A stretch of DNA of 64,000 nt from Betaproteobacteria bacterium (GCA_009693245.1 SHXO01000004.1:536-64535); one strand, 5' to 3'. Shown: positions 1-9,871, counted from the stretch's first letter. Program-made: numbers and translations. The notes: a model not told the origin generated them from the sequence alone.

Positions 1-72
1 GATTCCTTCGCTGAGCTCGCCTTTTAGCGCGAGCAGTATCTTGCGAAAGTGATCGAGCTGTTTGGGGTTCAT
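1..72 (-). CDS. N-terminal 24 codons of a DksA/TraR-family-like protein; the gene continues beyond the left edge of the window
   Basis: The reverse complement reads ATG AAC CCC AAA CAG CTC GAT CAC TTT CGC AAG..., giving MNPKQLDHFRKILLALKGELSEGI. It is preceded by GGGAGGA 5 nt upstream. The N-terminal pattern resembles short DksA/TraR proteins, but only a fragment is visible. Confidence 0.35.
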   Translation of the reverse strand, partial: MNPKQLDHFRKILLALKGELSEGI

Positions 73-149
73 GTAATCCTCCCCCTTTTTGGGAGAGTAG
101 GGCTTGAATCGTGTGCGAGGTTCAGCGGCCATTTCTGGAGACGATTCGA

Positions 150-179
150 TTTTATAGGAGAAACTTTTATAGGAGAAAC
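150..179. repeat. Perfect tandem duplication of a 15-bp unit, TTTTATAGGAGAAAC x2
   Basis: Read directly: 150-164 and 165-179 are identical. The repeat lies in the 268-bp AT-richer spacer between the DksA-like start and the tRNA operon. Confidence 0.9.
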
Positions 180-300
180 GTTGCTTAAATTAAAAGGGCA
201 GCAGGGCGTTGCGAGAAAAGGGGGCTTATTAACAAAAATCCCCAGGCACTGCAAGGAACTTTTACTCCGCTCCTGCCTCATCAAGTACTTCCATCATTCA

Positions 301-330
301 TTGACCGGGAATTGGCCGAAACGGTATAGT
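301..330 (+). promoter_or_regulatory. Candidate sigma70 promoter of the tRNA-Pro/Arg/His operon
   Basis: TTGACC (301-306), an 18-nt spacer, TATAGT (325-330), then a GC-rich discriminator (tacgcccc). tRNA-Pro starts at 341. Confidence 0.45.
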
Positions 331-340
331 TACGCCCCTT

Positions 341-417
<77 letters not shown>

Positions 418-440
418 GCCCGTGGATTCCGTTGGTGATT

Positions 441-517
<77 letters not shown>

Positions 518-578
518 AATTCGAAGGCGGCGAACATGGCGGATGGCGCAACGTCATGGCTGGTAGGAGTAATAAAGT

Positions 579-656
579 GGTGGCTGTAGCTCAGTTGGTT
601 AGAGCATCGGATTGTGATTCCGAGGGTCGTGGGTTCGAGCCCCATCAGCCACCCCA
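579..656 (+). tRNA. tRNA-His (anticodon GTG) with the extra 5' G(-1)
   Basis: GGTGGCTGTAGCTCAG...TCGGA-TTGTGAT-TCCGA...GTGGG-TTCGAGC-CCCAT-CAGCCACCCCA. Close to the E. coli tRNA-His architecture. Confidence 0.93.
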
Positions 657-666
657 TCTTTCGGCG

Positions 667-682
667 CTCGCGGGAGCGCGAG
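667..682 (+). terminator. Weak GC hairpin after the tRNA operon
   Basis: CTCGCG-GGAG-CGCGAG stem-loop followed by a T-rich but interrupted tract. It is not a textbook terminator. Confidence 0.25.
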
Positions 683-730
683 TCCGGATTGTCCGTCTTC
701 ATATCTTATCTTGCACGGGAGAATGGCGGG

Positions 731-2659
731 TTGATAACGCTGCGTAAGGTCGCTCTGCGGCGTGGAGCGAAGTTGCTCTTCCGAGATGCCGATTTATCCA
801 TATATCCAGGGCACAAGATTGGGCTGACGGGCGCCAATGGATCGGGAAAGACCTCGTTGTTTGCCCTGTTGCGTGGGGAGTTGCAGCCCGATTCTGGCGG
901 CGTGGACATTCCCAAGAGTTGGGTGATTGCACATGTGGCGCAAGAGACGCCCGCCCTGGATATGCCTGCCATCGAATACGTTCTTGACGGTGATCGCGAG
1001 TTTCGCGAGCTTGAGGCGAAAATCGCCGCGCCCGAGCATGATGACCACGCCATCGGGGATCTGCATGAGAGCTTTCGCGCCATGGATGGCTACGGAGCAC
1101 GCAGCCGCGCGGCGCGAATTCTCTCTGGCCTAGGATTCGAGGACGCGCAGTTGGAAAATCCGGTGCGTTCCTTTTCCGGTGGCTGGCGAATGAGGCTCAA
1201 CCTGGCGCAGGCGCTTCTGTGCCGTTCGGATTTGCTGCTCTTGGATGAGCCTACCAACCACCTGAATCTCGATGCCATTCTTTGGATCGAGCAATGGCTG
1301 CTTGCCTACCAGGGAACGATGATTCTGATTTCTCACGACCGGGATTTTCTGGATAACACGGTCGGCGCCATATGCCATATCGAGAATCAAGTCATCCAGC
1401 AGGTGCGGGGAAATTACTCTGCCTTTGAGCGCTGGCGTGCAGAGCACTTGGCTCAACAACAGGCGGCCTTCGCCAAGCAGCAACGCCAGATCGCCCATTT
1501 GCAGCAGTTCGTGGACCGGTTTCGAGCCCAGGCCACGAAAGCCAAACAAGCGCAAAGCCGTCTCAAGGCCCTGGACCGCATGGAGATAATCGCCGCGGCC
1601 CATGTGGATTCACCGTTCGATTTTCATTTCCCGGCCGCCAGTGCCATGCCCGGCGTGCTGGTGCGTATCGAAGAAGTGCGGGCGGGTTATGGCGATAGAG
1701 ACGTACTTAAAAATATTCAGTTGGTCTTGCGTCCTGGTGCGCGCATTGGGCTGCTTGGCCGTAATGGAGCAGGGAAGTCGAGTTTGATCAAACTCATTGC
1801 ACAAGAAATCCTCCCGCGTGGCGGCCACAGCGATTGGTCGGCCGCTTGCCGAACTGGCTACTTTGCCCAACACCAATTAGAACAGTTGGATCCGGCTGAT
1901 ACCGCACTCTCTCATCTTCGCCGCTTGGATCGTGGCGCCCGAGAGCAGCATTTGCGGGACTTTCTCGGAGGATTTGGCTTCCCGGGAGACATGGTGGAGC
2001 AACGCGTGCAATATTTCTCCGGAGGGGAGCGTGCTCGTTTGGTCTTGGCTAGTATCGTGTGGCGCCGCCCCAATTTGCTGTTGCTGGACGAACCCACGAA
2101 CCATTTGGATATCGAAATGCGCCAAGCCCTGGTGGGAGCCCTCCAGGAGTATGAAGGAGCGTTGGTCGTGGTATCCCACGACCGGCATTTGCTACGGACT
2201 ACGGCGGATGAGTTTCTGCTCATTGCGGACGAAACGGTCGCGCCCTTTCCCGGAGACTTGGACGATTACCGCGTCTGGTTGGATACGGAAAGGCGGGAGG
2301 CGAGCGCCACTAATGGCAAGAGTACGGGCAAAACGCCGCCAAATAGCTCGGATCGAAAGGCCCAACGCCGGTTGGAGGCCCAAGAACGTGAGCGTGTGGC
2401 GCAGCGCCGCCGCCCCCTGGTGCAACGCCTAAAGGCCATCGAGCAAAACCTCGAACGCCTCCATCTTCTTCGCGATGGGGTGGAAAAGCGTCTGAAGGAA
2501 CCCGGCATGTACGACGCCAAGAGGCGTCTAGAACTACAAGACCTCCTGAAGGAACAGCCGAGTACCAACAAGGAATTGCAATCGGCGGAGGAGGCGTGGC
2601 TGGCGGCTCAGGCCGAATTGGAGGCCCTTGCTGAAGAGTCATGGAGTTCACTTCAATGA
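731..2659 (+). CDS. ABC-F family ATPase (YheS/Uup-like, two ABC domains plus a C-terminal coiled coil)
   Basis: Two Walker A motifs (GANGSGKTS, GRNGAGKSS) and two LSGG signatures (FSGGWRMR, FSGGERAR). With a TTG start at 731 the N-terminus MITLRKVALRRGAKLLF aligns with YheS MIVFSSLQIRRG. The track start at 614 overlaps tRNA-His and is rejected. Confidence 0.9.
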   Translation: MITLRKVALRRGAKLLFRDADLSIYPGHKIGLTGANGSGKTSLFALLRGELQPDSGGVDIPKSWVIAHVAQETPALDMPAIEYVLDGDREFRELEAKIAAPEHDDHAIGDLHESFRAMDGYGARSRAARILSGLGFEDAQLENPVRSFSGGWRMRLNLAQALLCRSDLLLLDEPTNHLNLDAILWIEQWLLAYQGTMILISHDRDFLDNTVGAICHIENQVIQQVRGNYSAFERWRAEHLAQQQAAFAKQQRQIAHLQQFVDRFRAQATKAKQAQSRLKALDRMEIIAAAHVDSPFDFHFPAASAMPGVLVRIEEVRAGYGDRDVLKNIQLVLRPGARIGLLGRNGAGKSSLIKLIAQEILPRGGHSDWSAACRTGYFAQHQLEQLDPADTALSHLRRLDRGAREQHLRDFLGGFGFPGDMVEQRVQYFSGGERARLVLASIVWRRPNLLLLDEPTNHLDIEMRQALVGALQEYEGALVVVSHDRHLLRTTADEFLLIADETVAPFPGDLDDYRVWLDTERREASATNGKSTGKTPPNSSDRKAQRRLEAQERERVAQRRRPLVQRLKAIEQNLERLHLLRDGVEKRLKEPGMYDAKRRLELQDLLKEQPSTNKELQSAEEAWLAAQAELEALAEESWSSLQ

Positions 2660-2714
2660 AACTTAATGCGCGCGAGTATCACTAAGGTGCTGACACATTA
2701 CAGAGGAGCCGGCC

Positions 2715-3596
2715 TTGTTTAATCGAATCGTCCTTTTTCTCCTGACTAACCTCGCCATCTTGGTGGTACTGAGCATCTCCATGCGCATTCTGGGCATTGA
2801 CCAGATGCTGGCACGCAGCGGTGGCGACATGGGTGGGTTGCTGGTAATGGCCGCCGTTATGGGATTCGGCGGGTCCTTCATCTCTTTGGCGATGTCCAAG
2901 TGGATCGCCAAACGGTCCACTGGAGCCCAAGTCATCGAGAGTCCGCGAAACGCCGCCGAACAGTGGTTATTGGAAACGGTACGCCGCCAGGCCCAACAAG
3001 CGGGTATCGGTATGCCCGAAGTGGCCATCTTCGATTCTCCTACCGTGAACGCGTTCGCCACCGGCATGAATCGAAACAACGCCCTGGTTGCCGTGAGTGC
3101 GGGTTTGCTCAGTAACATGACGCGCGAGGAAGCCGAAGCCGTTCTGGGCCACGAAGTCAGCCACGTAGCCAACGGCGATATGGTGACGCTCACCCTCATT
3201 CAAGGTGTGGTCAATACATTCGTCTTTTTCCTCGCGCGAGTCATTGGGAACATCGTTGACCGCGCCGTTTTTCGCAATAACGAAGGCCGTGGCATGGGCT
3301 ATTGGGTCACCACCATCGTCGCCGAACTTGTTCTGGGAGTTCTGGCTTCCATCATCGTGATGTGGTTTAGCCGCATGCGTGAGTTTCGCGCCGATAAGGG
3401 GGGCGCCAGCCTTTCCACGCGACACAAAATGATCGCGGCATTGCAGCGGTTACAAGCCGTCCACGAACCCGTACCGCTTCCCTCCCAGATACAGGCCTTC
3501 GGGATTTCCGGGGCAAAAAGCTCCTCTCTCGGCCGCCTTCTCATGTCTCACCCTCCCCTGGAAGAGCGCATCGCGGCACTAAAAGCAGCAGCATAG
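2715..3596 (+). CDS. htpX: Zinc metalloprotease HtpX (M48 family)
   Basis: [10 protein letters not shown] zinc motif, four predicted TM segments, typical HtpX length (293 aa) and C-terminal SHPPLEERI motif. Confidence 0.93.
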   Translation: MFNRIVLFLLTNLAILVVLSISMRILGIDQMLARSGGDMGGLLVMAAVMGFGGSFISLAMSKWIAKRSTGAQVIESPRNAAEQWLLETVRRQAQQAGIGMPEVAIFDSPTVNAFATGMNRNNALVAVSAGLLSNMTREEAEAVLGHEVSHVANGDMVTLTLIQGVVNTFVFFLARVIGNIVDRAVFRNNEGRGMGYWVTTIVAELVLGVLASIIVMWFSRMREFRADKGGASLSTRHKMIAALQRLQAVHEPVPLPSQIQAFGISGAKSSSLGRLLMSHPPLEERIAALKAAA

Positions 3597-3681
3597 CGCG
3601 CGCGGCTGGCGCCGGGAACCATGGAGGCCGCGAACAGGAGTGCCGTAATATAAGGCGAGCGGTTTATCCAGAGGGATCCCC

Positions 3682-4668
3682 ATGTACGCACAACTGGTTG
3701 AGTCGGGTGCCGAGAAGCTAAGAACCGCGGATGAGATGGCGGCGGAGGAGCGCGCCTTTCAAGCGCGGATCGGCGCGGATATCAAGATCGAACCCAATGA
3801 TTGGATGCCCGATGCTTACCGAAAGACATTGATCCGGCAGATTTCCCAGCATGCTCACTCCGAAGTGGTGGGCATGCTCCCCGAGGGCAACTGGATCACG
3901 CGCGCGCCCACCCTTCAACGCAAAGTGACCTTGTTGGCCAAAGTCCAAGACGAGGGCGGCCACGGGTTGTATTTGTACAGCGCGGCGGAGACGCTGGGCG
4001 TCTCGCGCGATCAGATGATGGCCGGCTTGCACAGCGGCAAGGCAAAGTATTCGAGCATCTTTAATTACCCGGCTACCAGTTGGGCAGATATAGGTGCCAT
4101 CGGCTGGTTGGTCGACGGCTCGGCCATCATCAACCAAATTCCCCTGTGCCGCTGCTCCTACGGGCCCTATGCGCGGGCGATGGTGCGCATTTGCAAGGAA
4201 GAGGCCTTTCACTTGCGCCAAGGCTACGACATCATGTTGGCTCTTTGCCGTGGCACACCGGCGCAAAAACAAATGGCGCAAGATGCGCTTAATCGCTGGT
4301 GGTGGCCCTCCCTGGCCATGCACGGCCCGCCCGATACCGATTCCCCCAACAGCGCGCAATCCATGCAATGGGGGATCAAGCGCTTCTCCAATGACGAGCT
4401 ACGCCAGCGCTTCATAGACCAAACCGTACCACAGGCCGGGCATTTAGGATTGACCATCCCGGACCCCGGTCTCAAATGGAACGAAGCGCGAGGGCACTAC
4501 GATTACGGTCAGATCGATTGGGAAGACTTCTACAACGTCATTAGGGGCAATGGACCCTGTAATCGCGATCGCCTGCGGGCGCGAGTCAAGGCGTGGGAAG
4601 AGGGCGAATGGTTTCGCGAAGGGTTGGCGGCCTATGGCGAAAAACATGGCAAGCGGGAGATCGCATGA
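3682..4668 (+). CDS. paaA: 1,2-phenylacetyl-CoA epoxidase subunit A
   Basis: Di-iron ferritin-like motifs (QDEGGHG, KEEAFH). 328 aa, followed by paaB and paaC with ATGA and GTGA overlaps. Confidence 0.93.
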   Translation: MYAQLVESGAEKLRTADEMAAEERAFQARIGADIKIEPNDWMPDAYRKTLIRQISQHAHSEVVGMLPEGNWITRAPTLQRKVTLLAKVQDEGGHGLYLYSAAETLGVSRDQMMAGLHSGKAKYSSIFNYPATSWADIGAIGWLVDGSAIINQIPLCRCSYGPYARAMVRICKEEAFHLRQGYDIMLALCRGTPAQKQMAQDALNRWWWPSLAMHGPPDTDSPNSAQSMQWGIKRFSNDELRQRFIDQTVPQAGHLGLTIPDPGLKWNEARGHYDYGQIDWEDFYNVIRGNGPCNRDRLRARVKAWEEGEWFREGLAAYGEKHGKREIA

Positions 4669-4946
4669 GCGAATTGCCCCTATGGGAAGTTTTTATCCGT
4701 AGCCAGCACGGGCTATCGCACAAGCACGTCGGTAGTTTGCATGCGTCCGATGCGCAGATGGCCCTTGCCCACGCGCGCGACGTATACACCCGGCGCAACG
4801 AGGGACTCAGCATCTGGGTGGTGAAGGCCGCGGACATTACGGCGAGCACCGCAGGCGAAAAAGAGGCATTGTTCGAACCTGCCCGCGACAAGGTTTACCG
4901 GCATCCGGCATTCTTTCCCATGCCTAAAGAGGTGAAGGGGCTGTGA
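4665..4946 (+). CDS. paaB: 1,2-phenylacetyl-CoA epoxidase subunit B
   Basis: [27 protein letters not shown]... is a typical 93-aa PaaB. Its ATG overlaps the paaA TGA (ATGA). Confidence 0.92.
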   Translation: MSELPLWEVFIRSQHGLSHKHVGSLHASDAQMALAHARDVYTRRNEGLSIWVVKAADITASTAGEKEALFEPARDKVYRHPAFFPMPKEVKGL

Positions 4947-5701
4947 TTGCCCAACCCGCGAAGGCGGGGTTTGCCCTCCATATGGGCGATTGCATGCTCA
5001 TTCTCGGACACCGGCTTTCGCAGTGGTGTGGTCACGCGCCAGTGCTCGAGGAAGATCTGGCGCTTGCCAACACGGCCCTGGACCTCCTTGGGCAGGCCCG
5101 CCGCTGGTTGGCCTATGCAGGAGAACTGGAGGGCAAGGGCCGCGACGAAGACGACTTTGCCTTCCAACGCGATACGCACGAGTACCGAAACTTCCTGCTC
5201 GTGGAACAAGACAATGGCAACTACGCGGATACCATAGCGCGCCAATTCTATTTCGATTTTTGGCATCAACTGCAATTGGCGGAGCTCAAGAATTCCAGCG
5301 ATGAGCGTGTGGCCGCCATGGCGCGCCAAGCCCACACGGAAGTGGTTTTTCATGCCAGGCGGTCACGTGATCTGGTGATTCGGTTGGGCGATGGTACGGC
5401 CGAGAGCCACCGCCGAATGCAACAGGCGCTGGATGAATTTTGGATTTACACCGGGGAATTATTCGAAGTGGATGAAGATGATGAGGCGCTCGTTGAAAAT
5501 AAGACCATCGGGGACGTGCGTGCGTTGCACGCGCCGTGGCTCAAGCAAGTCTCCGAGGCGTTGAATGAAGGGACGCTACGCCTGCCGCAAGCTGCGGGAA
5601 TGCGAAGTGGCGGACGGCGCGGAGTGCACAGCGAAAGGCTAGGTTATCTGCTGGCTGAGATGCAGTTTCTGCCCAGGGCTTACCCTGGCGCGAAGTGGTA
5701 G
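4943..5701 (+). CDS. paaC: 1,2-phenylacetyl-CoA epoxidase subunit C
   Basis: 252-aa ferritin-like protein in the canonical position. GTG start overlaps the paaB stop (GTGA). Confidence 0.88.
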   Translation: MIAQPAKAGFALHMGDCMLILGHRLSQWCGHAPVLEEDLALANTALDLLGQARRWLAYAGELEGKGRDEDDFAFQRDTHEYRNFLLVEQDNGNYADTIARQFYFDFWHQLQLAELKNSSDERVAAMARQAHTEVVFHARRSRDLVIRLGDGTAESHRRMQQALDEFWIYTGELFEVDEDDEALVENKTIGDVRALHAPWLKQVSEALNEGTLRLPQAAGMRSGGRRGVHSERLGYLLAEMQFLPRAYPGAKW

Positions 5702-5720
5702 GGACGGGTAGAGACCGGCG

Positions 5721-6794
5721 ATGAGTGGGTTTTATTCCTTGCAAGTGGCCTCGGTGCAAAATGAAACGCGCGATGCCGTCGCCGTGAGCTTCACGGTGCC
5801 GAAATTCTTGCGAGAACAATTTCTCTTTGAGCCTGGCCAATACCTGACGCTACGCAGGGAACTTGGTGGGGAGGAACTTCGGCGCAACTATTCCATCTGC
5901 TCAGTGCCTGAGGAGGACACGATGACCGTGGCCATCAAGCGCGTGGCACAAGGCAAATTCTCGGTCTGGGCCAACGATCATTTGCATGCGGGCGAGCGCT
6001 TGGACGTCATGACACCAGCCGGGCGATTCGTGCGCGTGAAGACGGTGCCGGGAGGGAATTATCTCGCCATCGCGGCTGGAAGTGGCGTCACTCCCATCCT
6101 GTCCATCATCAAGACTACGCTGCGAGAGGAACCAACAAGCCGCTTCACCTTGGTGTATGGCAACCGAGCCGCGCATTCGGTGATGTTCCGCGAAGCTTTG
6201 GAGGACATGAAGAATAGCTATCTAACGCGGTTCTCGCTGGTCCACATCCTCTCGCGCGAACACCAGGATGTGGACATATTCAATGGACGTATCGACCTGC
6301 CTAAATGCCGGGCGCTACTCTCGCGCTGGATCGGCGTGAATGACGTGGACGCGGTGTACCTATGCGGGCCGCAATCCATGATGGATGATGCCAGTACTGC
6401 CCTGGCTGAGGCGGGCGTGGACGCGGGGCGCATTCACCGAGAATTGTTTTTCGTGGAAAGCGCTCCAGTGAGCCGCCGCATTGCAAAGCCCGAGGGTCCT
6501 CACAATGGGGAATGCACGGTGACCGTCATACAAGACGGCCGTTCGCGCGAATTCCGCATGGCGCGCGGAACCCAGACGGTTCTGCGAGCCGCTTTGGCGC
6601 AAGGCATCGAACTTCCCTGGTCTTGCCAAGGTGGAATATGTTCCACTTGCCGCTGCAAGGTGGTGGAAGGAGAAGTGGACATGGATTCCAATTTTTCCCT
6701 GGAAGACTACGAGATCGCACGCGGGTTTCGCCTGGCTTGCCAGAGCTATGCGGTAAGCGAACGCCTGACCATCGACTACGACCAACACGCCTAA
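5721..6794 (+). CDS. paaE: Phenylacetyl-CoA epoxidase reductase subunit (FNR-like domain plus plant-type 2Fe-2S ferredoxin)
   Basis: RNYSICS flavin motif, GSGVTP NAD motif, C-terminal CxxGxCxxC...C cluster (SCQGGICSTCRC...C). 357 aa. Confidence 0.9.
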   Translation: MSGFYSLQVASVQNETRDAVAVSFTVPKFLREQFLFEPGQYLTLRRELGGEELRRNYSICSVPEEDTMTVAIKRVAQGKFSVWANDHLHAGERLDVMTPAGRFVRVKTVPGGNYLAIAAGSGVTPILSIIKTTLREEPTSRFTLVYGNRAAHSVMFREALEDMKNSYLTRFSLVHILSREHQDVDIFNGRIDLPKCRALLSRWIGVNDVDAVYLCGPQSMMDDASTALAEAGVDAGRIHRELFFVESAPVSRRIAKPEGPHNGECTVTVIQDGRSREFRMARGTQTVLRAALAQGIELPWSCQGGICSTCRCKVVEGEVDMDSNFSLEDYEIARGFRLACQSYAVSERLTIDYDQHA

Positions 6795-6797
6795 CCC

Positions 6798-7235
6798 ATG
6801 AATCCCAACGAATTGGCGCAAGCGGTCGCGCGTTCTATGTACGCGCGAGATCGCGCATCTCAAAGTCTTGGCATGCGTATCTTGGAAGTGCGCGCCGGTT
6901 ATGCTCGCATGAGTTTTGTGGTCACCGCGGCGATGCTAAATGGCCACCAGGTGTGTCATGGTGGTTTTATCTTTACCTTGGCAGATAGCGCCTTTGCTTT
7001 TGCTTGCAACAGCTACAACGCAAACACCGTGGCTTCGGGTGCGTGCGTGGACTTCCTGGCGCCTGGTAGGGAGGGTGATGAACTGGTGGCCGAGGCTCGG
7101 GAACAATCGCTGGCGGGCCGCACTGGAGTCTATGACGTGTGCGTGACCAACCAGCGCGGAGAGAAGGTGGCGGTATTTCGCGGGCGCTCCTACCGCATTA
7201 TGGGGGAGGTCATTGCGGCAACGGAGGGGACCTGA
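6798..7235 (+). CDS. paaI: Hydroxyphenylacetyl-CoA thioesterase PaaI (hotdog fold)
   Basis: NGHQVCHGGFIFTLADSAFAFACNS motif typical of PaaI. 145 aa, sits between paaE and paaK. Confidence 0.88.
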   Translation: MNPNELAQAVARSMYARDRASQSLGMRILEVRAGYARMSFVVTAAMLNGHQVCHGGFIFTLADSAFAFACNSYNANTVASGACVDFLAPGREGDELVAEAREQSLAGRTGVYDVCVTNQRGEKVAVFRGRSYRIMGEVIAATEGT

Positions 7236-7237
7236 AC

Positions 7238-8548
7238 ATGCCGGTTGGATACCCGAAGGCAGGGGATCTGGAATCCATCGAACGGGCGAGCCGCGATGAG
7301 ATAGAGTCCTTGCAGCTACGCCGCCTGCACTGGACGTTGCAACACGCCTATACCAATTCGCCACACTACCGGAGCGCTTTCGATGCGGCAAAGGTGCGAC
7401 CGGAGGATCTGCGTACCTTGGCCGATATCGCCCACTTCCCCTTCACCATGAAGAAGGACTTCCGCGATAACTACCCTTTCGGCATGTTCGCCGTGCCCCG
7501 GGAGCAGGTGGTGCGGGTGCATGCATCGAGTGGCACGACGGGCAAACCCACTGTCGTCGGATATACGGCGAAGGACATCGATACCTGGGCCCACCTCATG
7601 GCTCGCTCCATTCGCGCGGCCGGGGGGAGGGCAGGAGACATCGTCCACGTGGCTTACGGTTACGGCCTGTTCACCGGCGGCTTAGGGGCGCACTACGGCG
7701 CGGAACGCCTGGGGTGCACGGTAATTCCCGTATCGGGGGGAATGACGGAGCGGCAAGTTCAGCTCATCCAGGATTTCGAGCCCGATATCATCATGGTCAC
7801 TCCCTCATACATGCTGAACATCATCGAGGAATTCGTGAAGCAGGGTCTGAATCCCGAGCAGTGTTCTCTCAAGGTTGGCATTTTCGGGGCGGAACCCTGG
7901 ACGGAGGCCATGCGCACCGAAATCGAATCGCGCGCAGGCCTCGATGCCGTGGATATCTTTGGCCTCTCCGAGGTGCTGGGCCCGGGCGTGGCCAACGAAT
8001 GCATCGAATCCAAGGACGGCCCGGTCATCTGGGAGGATCATTTCTATCCCGAGGTCATCGATCCCGCCACTGGTGCGGTGCTGCCCGATGGCCAAGAAGG
8101 CGAACTCGTGATCACCTCCCTCACCAAGGAGGCCCTGCCGGTCATTCGTTACCGGACGCGCGACTTGACGCGCTTGTTGCCGCCCACGGCGCGCTCCATG
8201 CGGCGCATCGGCAAGATCACCGGCCGCTCCGACGACATGCTGATCATCCGGGGGGTGAATATCTTCCCCACGCAGATCGAGGAACTCATCCTCAAGCAGC
8301 CGGAACTCGCCCCGCATTACCAGCTTGAGGTTACCCGAGAGGGGCATCTGGATGCCCTGATGGTCATCGTGGAGATGCAAGCGACCCTTCATGCCTCGGG
8401 CGCCCAGGCCCAGGACCAAGCCGCGCGAATGCTGCAACAGCACATCAAGAGCTACGCCGGTGTAAGCACCGAGGTGCGTTTACTTCCTCCAGGACAGGTG
8501 GAGCGCTCGGCGGGAAAAGCCAGGCGGGTCGTGGATAAGAGACTTTAG
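7238..8548 (+). CDS. paaK: Phenylacetate-CoA ligase
   Basis: SSGTTGKPT AMP-binding motif and about 436 aa from the ATG at 7238 (MPVGYPKAGDLESIE...). The 33-codon upstream extension in the track overlaps paaI and is rejected. Confidence 0.92.
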   Translation: MPVGYPKAGDLESIERASRDEIESLQLRRLHWTLQHAYTNSPHYRSAFDAAKVRPEDLRTLADIAHFPFTMKKDFRDNYPFGMFAVPREQVVRVHASSGTTGKPTVVGYTAKDIDTWAHLMARSIRAAGGRAGDIVHVAYGYGLFTGGLGAHYGAERLGCTVIPVSGGMTERQVQLIQDFEPDIIMVTPSYMLNIIEEFVKQGLNPEQCSLKVGIFGAEPWTEAMRTEIESRAGLDAVDIFGLSEVLGPGVANECIESKDGPVIWEDHFYPEVIDPATGAVLPDGQEGELVITSLTKEALPVIRYRTRDLTRLLPPTARSMRRIGKITGRSDDMLIIRGVNIFPTQIEELILKQPELAPHYQLEVTREGHLDALMVIVEMQATLHASGAQAQDQAARMLQQHIKSYAGVSTEVRLLPPGQVERSAGKARRVVDKRL

Positions 8549-8631
8549 CTTCAGTCTCGGTGCCAGTGGCCGTTACCTTCTGTAAGGGCTGCGGAACCCC
8601 TCTTGTGGCTCGCTGTTGAAAGGAGGTCAGT

Positions 8632-9045
8632 ATGGAGTTCGCAAGAGCTATCCTCACAGCTTCCCTGGGCTTGGTACTGTTCAAGGCCCACGCCCACCCG
8701 CCAGCCTTCGAGGAGTGTTTGGAGGCCAGCGAGTTTATCCTCCACGCCGCCATGTCACGCGACAACGGCATGACCCGGCAAGATTTCATGGGCCGGGTGG
8801 AGGCCGACCTCAGAGCAATCCAAGGGTTTCCCCCCGAGTACCGGTGGTTCGCCCAAGACGAGGACGACGAGCGTTTCCTGGTGCATCACTCCGCGAACGT
8901 GTTCGATGATCCGCGTACTCCGCAAATTCACCAGTCGGATTTCCTCAATGCCTGCGTCGGGCGTATGAGCTCGGAATCCACGGAGCTGGTCCCTGTACCC
9001 GCGCCGGCCGGCCCACTCACCATGGAGCGGGAGTCCCGGCTCTAG
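8632..9045 (+). CDS. Hypothetical secreted protein (137 aa)
   Basis: Strong SD (AAAGGAGG) 7 nt upstream. N-terminal hydrophobic signal-like segment ILTASLGLVLFKAHA. No family recognised. Confidence 0.6.
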   Translation: MEFARAILTASLGLVLFKAHAHPPAFEECLEASEFILHAAMSRDNGMTRQDFMGRVEADLRAIQGFPPEYRWFAQDEDDERFLVHHSANVFDDPRTPQIHQSDFLNACVGRMSSESTELVPVPAPAGPLTMERESRL

Positions 9046-9119
9046 GTTTGTCAAACCCTCATCAAGGTAGGGACAACCGGGCTGGAGATATGAGAAAATA
9101 CCACCCCAGGCTTTAGAGG

Positions 9120-9344
9120 GTGATCAAATTGTCTAGCTCAACAACTCCAGCAGAACGTCGTTTTTGTCCCTATTGCAACGGCTACAAGGAAGGCAAGTTC
9201 CGCTTGGCTGGCAACAAACGCACAACTCCGATGTGCGAGGCGTGTTACCAAGGCCGGCGCAACGGCACTTTCAGAAGTAAGAATGTCGCCAAGGACGATG
9301 CGGCCAACGCAGGTTCGGCGTCTACTTCGAGCGAAAGCGCCTAA
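9120..9344 (+). CDS. Hypothetical small protein with a CxxC...CxxC zinc-ribbon-like motif (74 aa)
   Basis: GTG start. CPYC...CEAC pairs 24 residues apart, with a basic middle and a low-complexity acidic/Ser tail. Weak SD, so the coding status is uncertain. Confidence 0.4.
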   Translation: MIKLSSSTTPAERRFCPYCNGYKEGKFRLAGNKRTTPMCEACYQGRRNGTFRSKNVAKDDAANAGSASTSSESA

Positions 9345-9399
9345 CCCGTAATAGGAGCTCTGCCCGAGGGTGGGGCTCCGGCAACGCTCCTGGGTACAG

Positions 9400-9756
9400 C
9401 TACTCGGCGGGCGCCTTGCAGGATTTCGGGAAAGACTTCAGCGCTTGGCTGCGCGTCAAGCCGAAGTTCACGCCCCGCAGCATTCCGGTTTCGCCCGTAC
9501 GTTTATTGGTGAACTGCTTCCCCGAGTTCACCGAGAATTGAAACTCGCTCTCGATCACGTCATCGGGTTTGAGCCTCTCCGCGCTGAACTGCATGATCAA
9601 CCCGTAGCCATCGGCTTTTTTGATCAGCACGTACTCGCACCTTTCCCGCTCCCAGACCACGGTCGCTTCCTCGGCGTGAGCGAGAGGTGCGCCTGCCAGC
9701 ATAGCGAATAGTCCAATGACCATGGGCAACCGGGAGAATCCAGAGGAGTAAGGCAT
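9400..9756 (-). CDS. Hypothetical secreted protein (118 aa)
   Basis: The internal ATG at 9756 gives MPYSSGFSRLPMVIGLFAMLAGAPLAHAEE, a classic signal peptide with an AHA cleavage site. The longer track ORF (to 9990) would overlap fdhD. Confidence 0.55.
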   Translation of the reverse strand: MPYSSGFSRLPMVIGLFAMLAGAPLAHAEEATVVWERERCEYVLIKKADGYGLIMQFSAERLKPDDVIESEFQFSVNSGKQFTNKRTGETGMLRGVNFGLTRSQALKSFPKSCKAPAE

Positions 9757-9871
9757 TCTTGCAATCCAGTAATTGATGGCGGCGAAGTTTACCCCGCGGC
9801 CGTCCAGGGCGTGCACCGTGCCCTTGCGCAAGTGATAGCATCCGTCTCGGATTTTCTTTCCCGAGCGCCCG

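Noticed and set aside
614-730. N-terminal extension of the ABC-F ORF
   Set aside because: It overlaps tRNA-His (579-656) and translates the tRNA sequence. The family N-terminus aligns from the TTG at 731.
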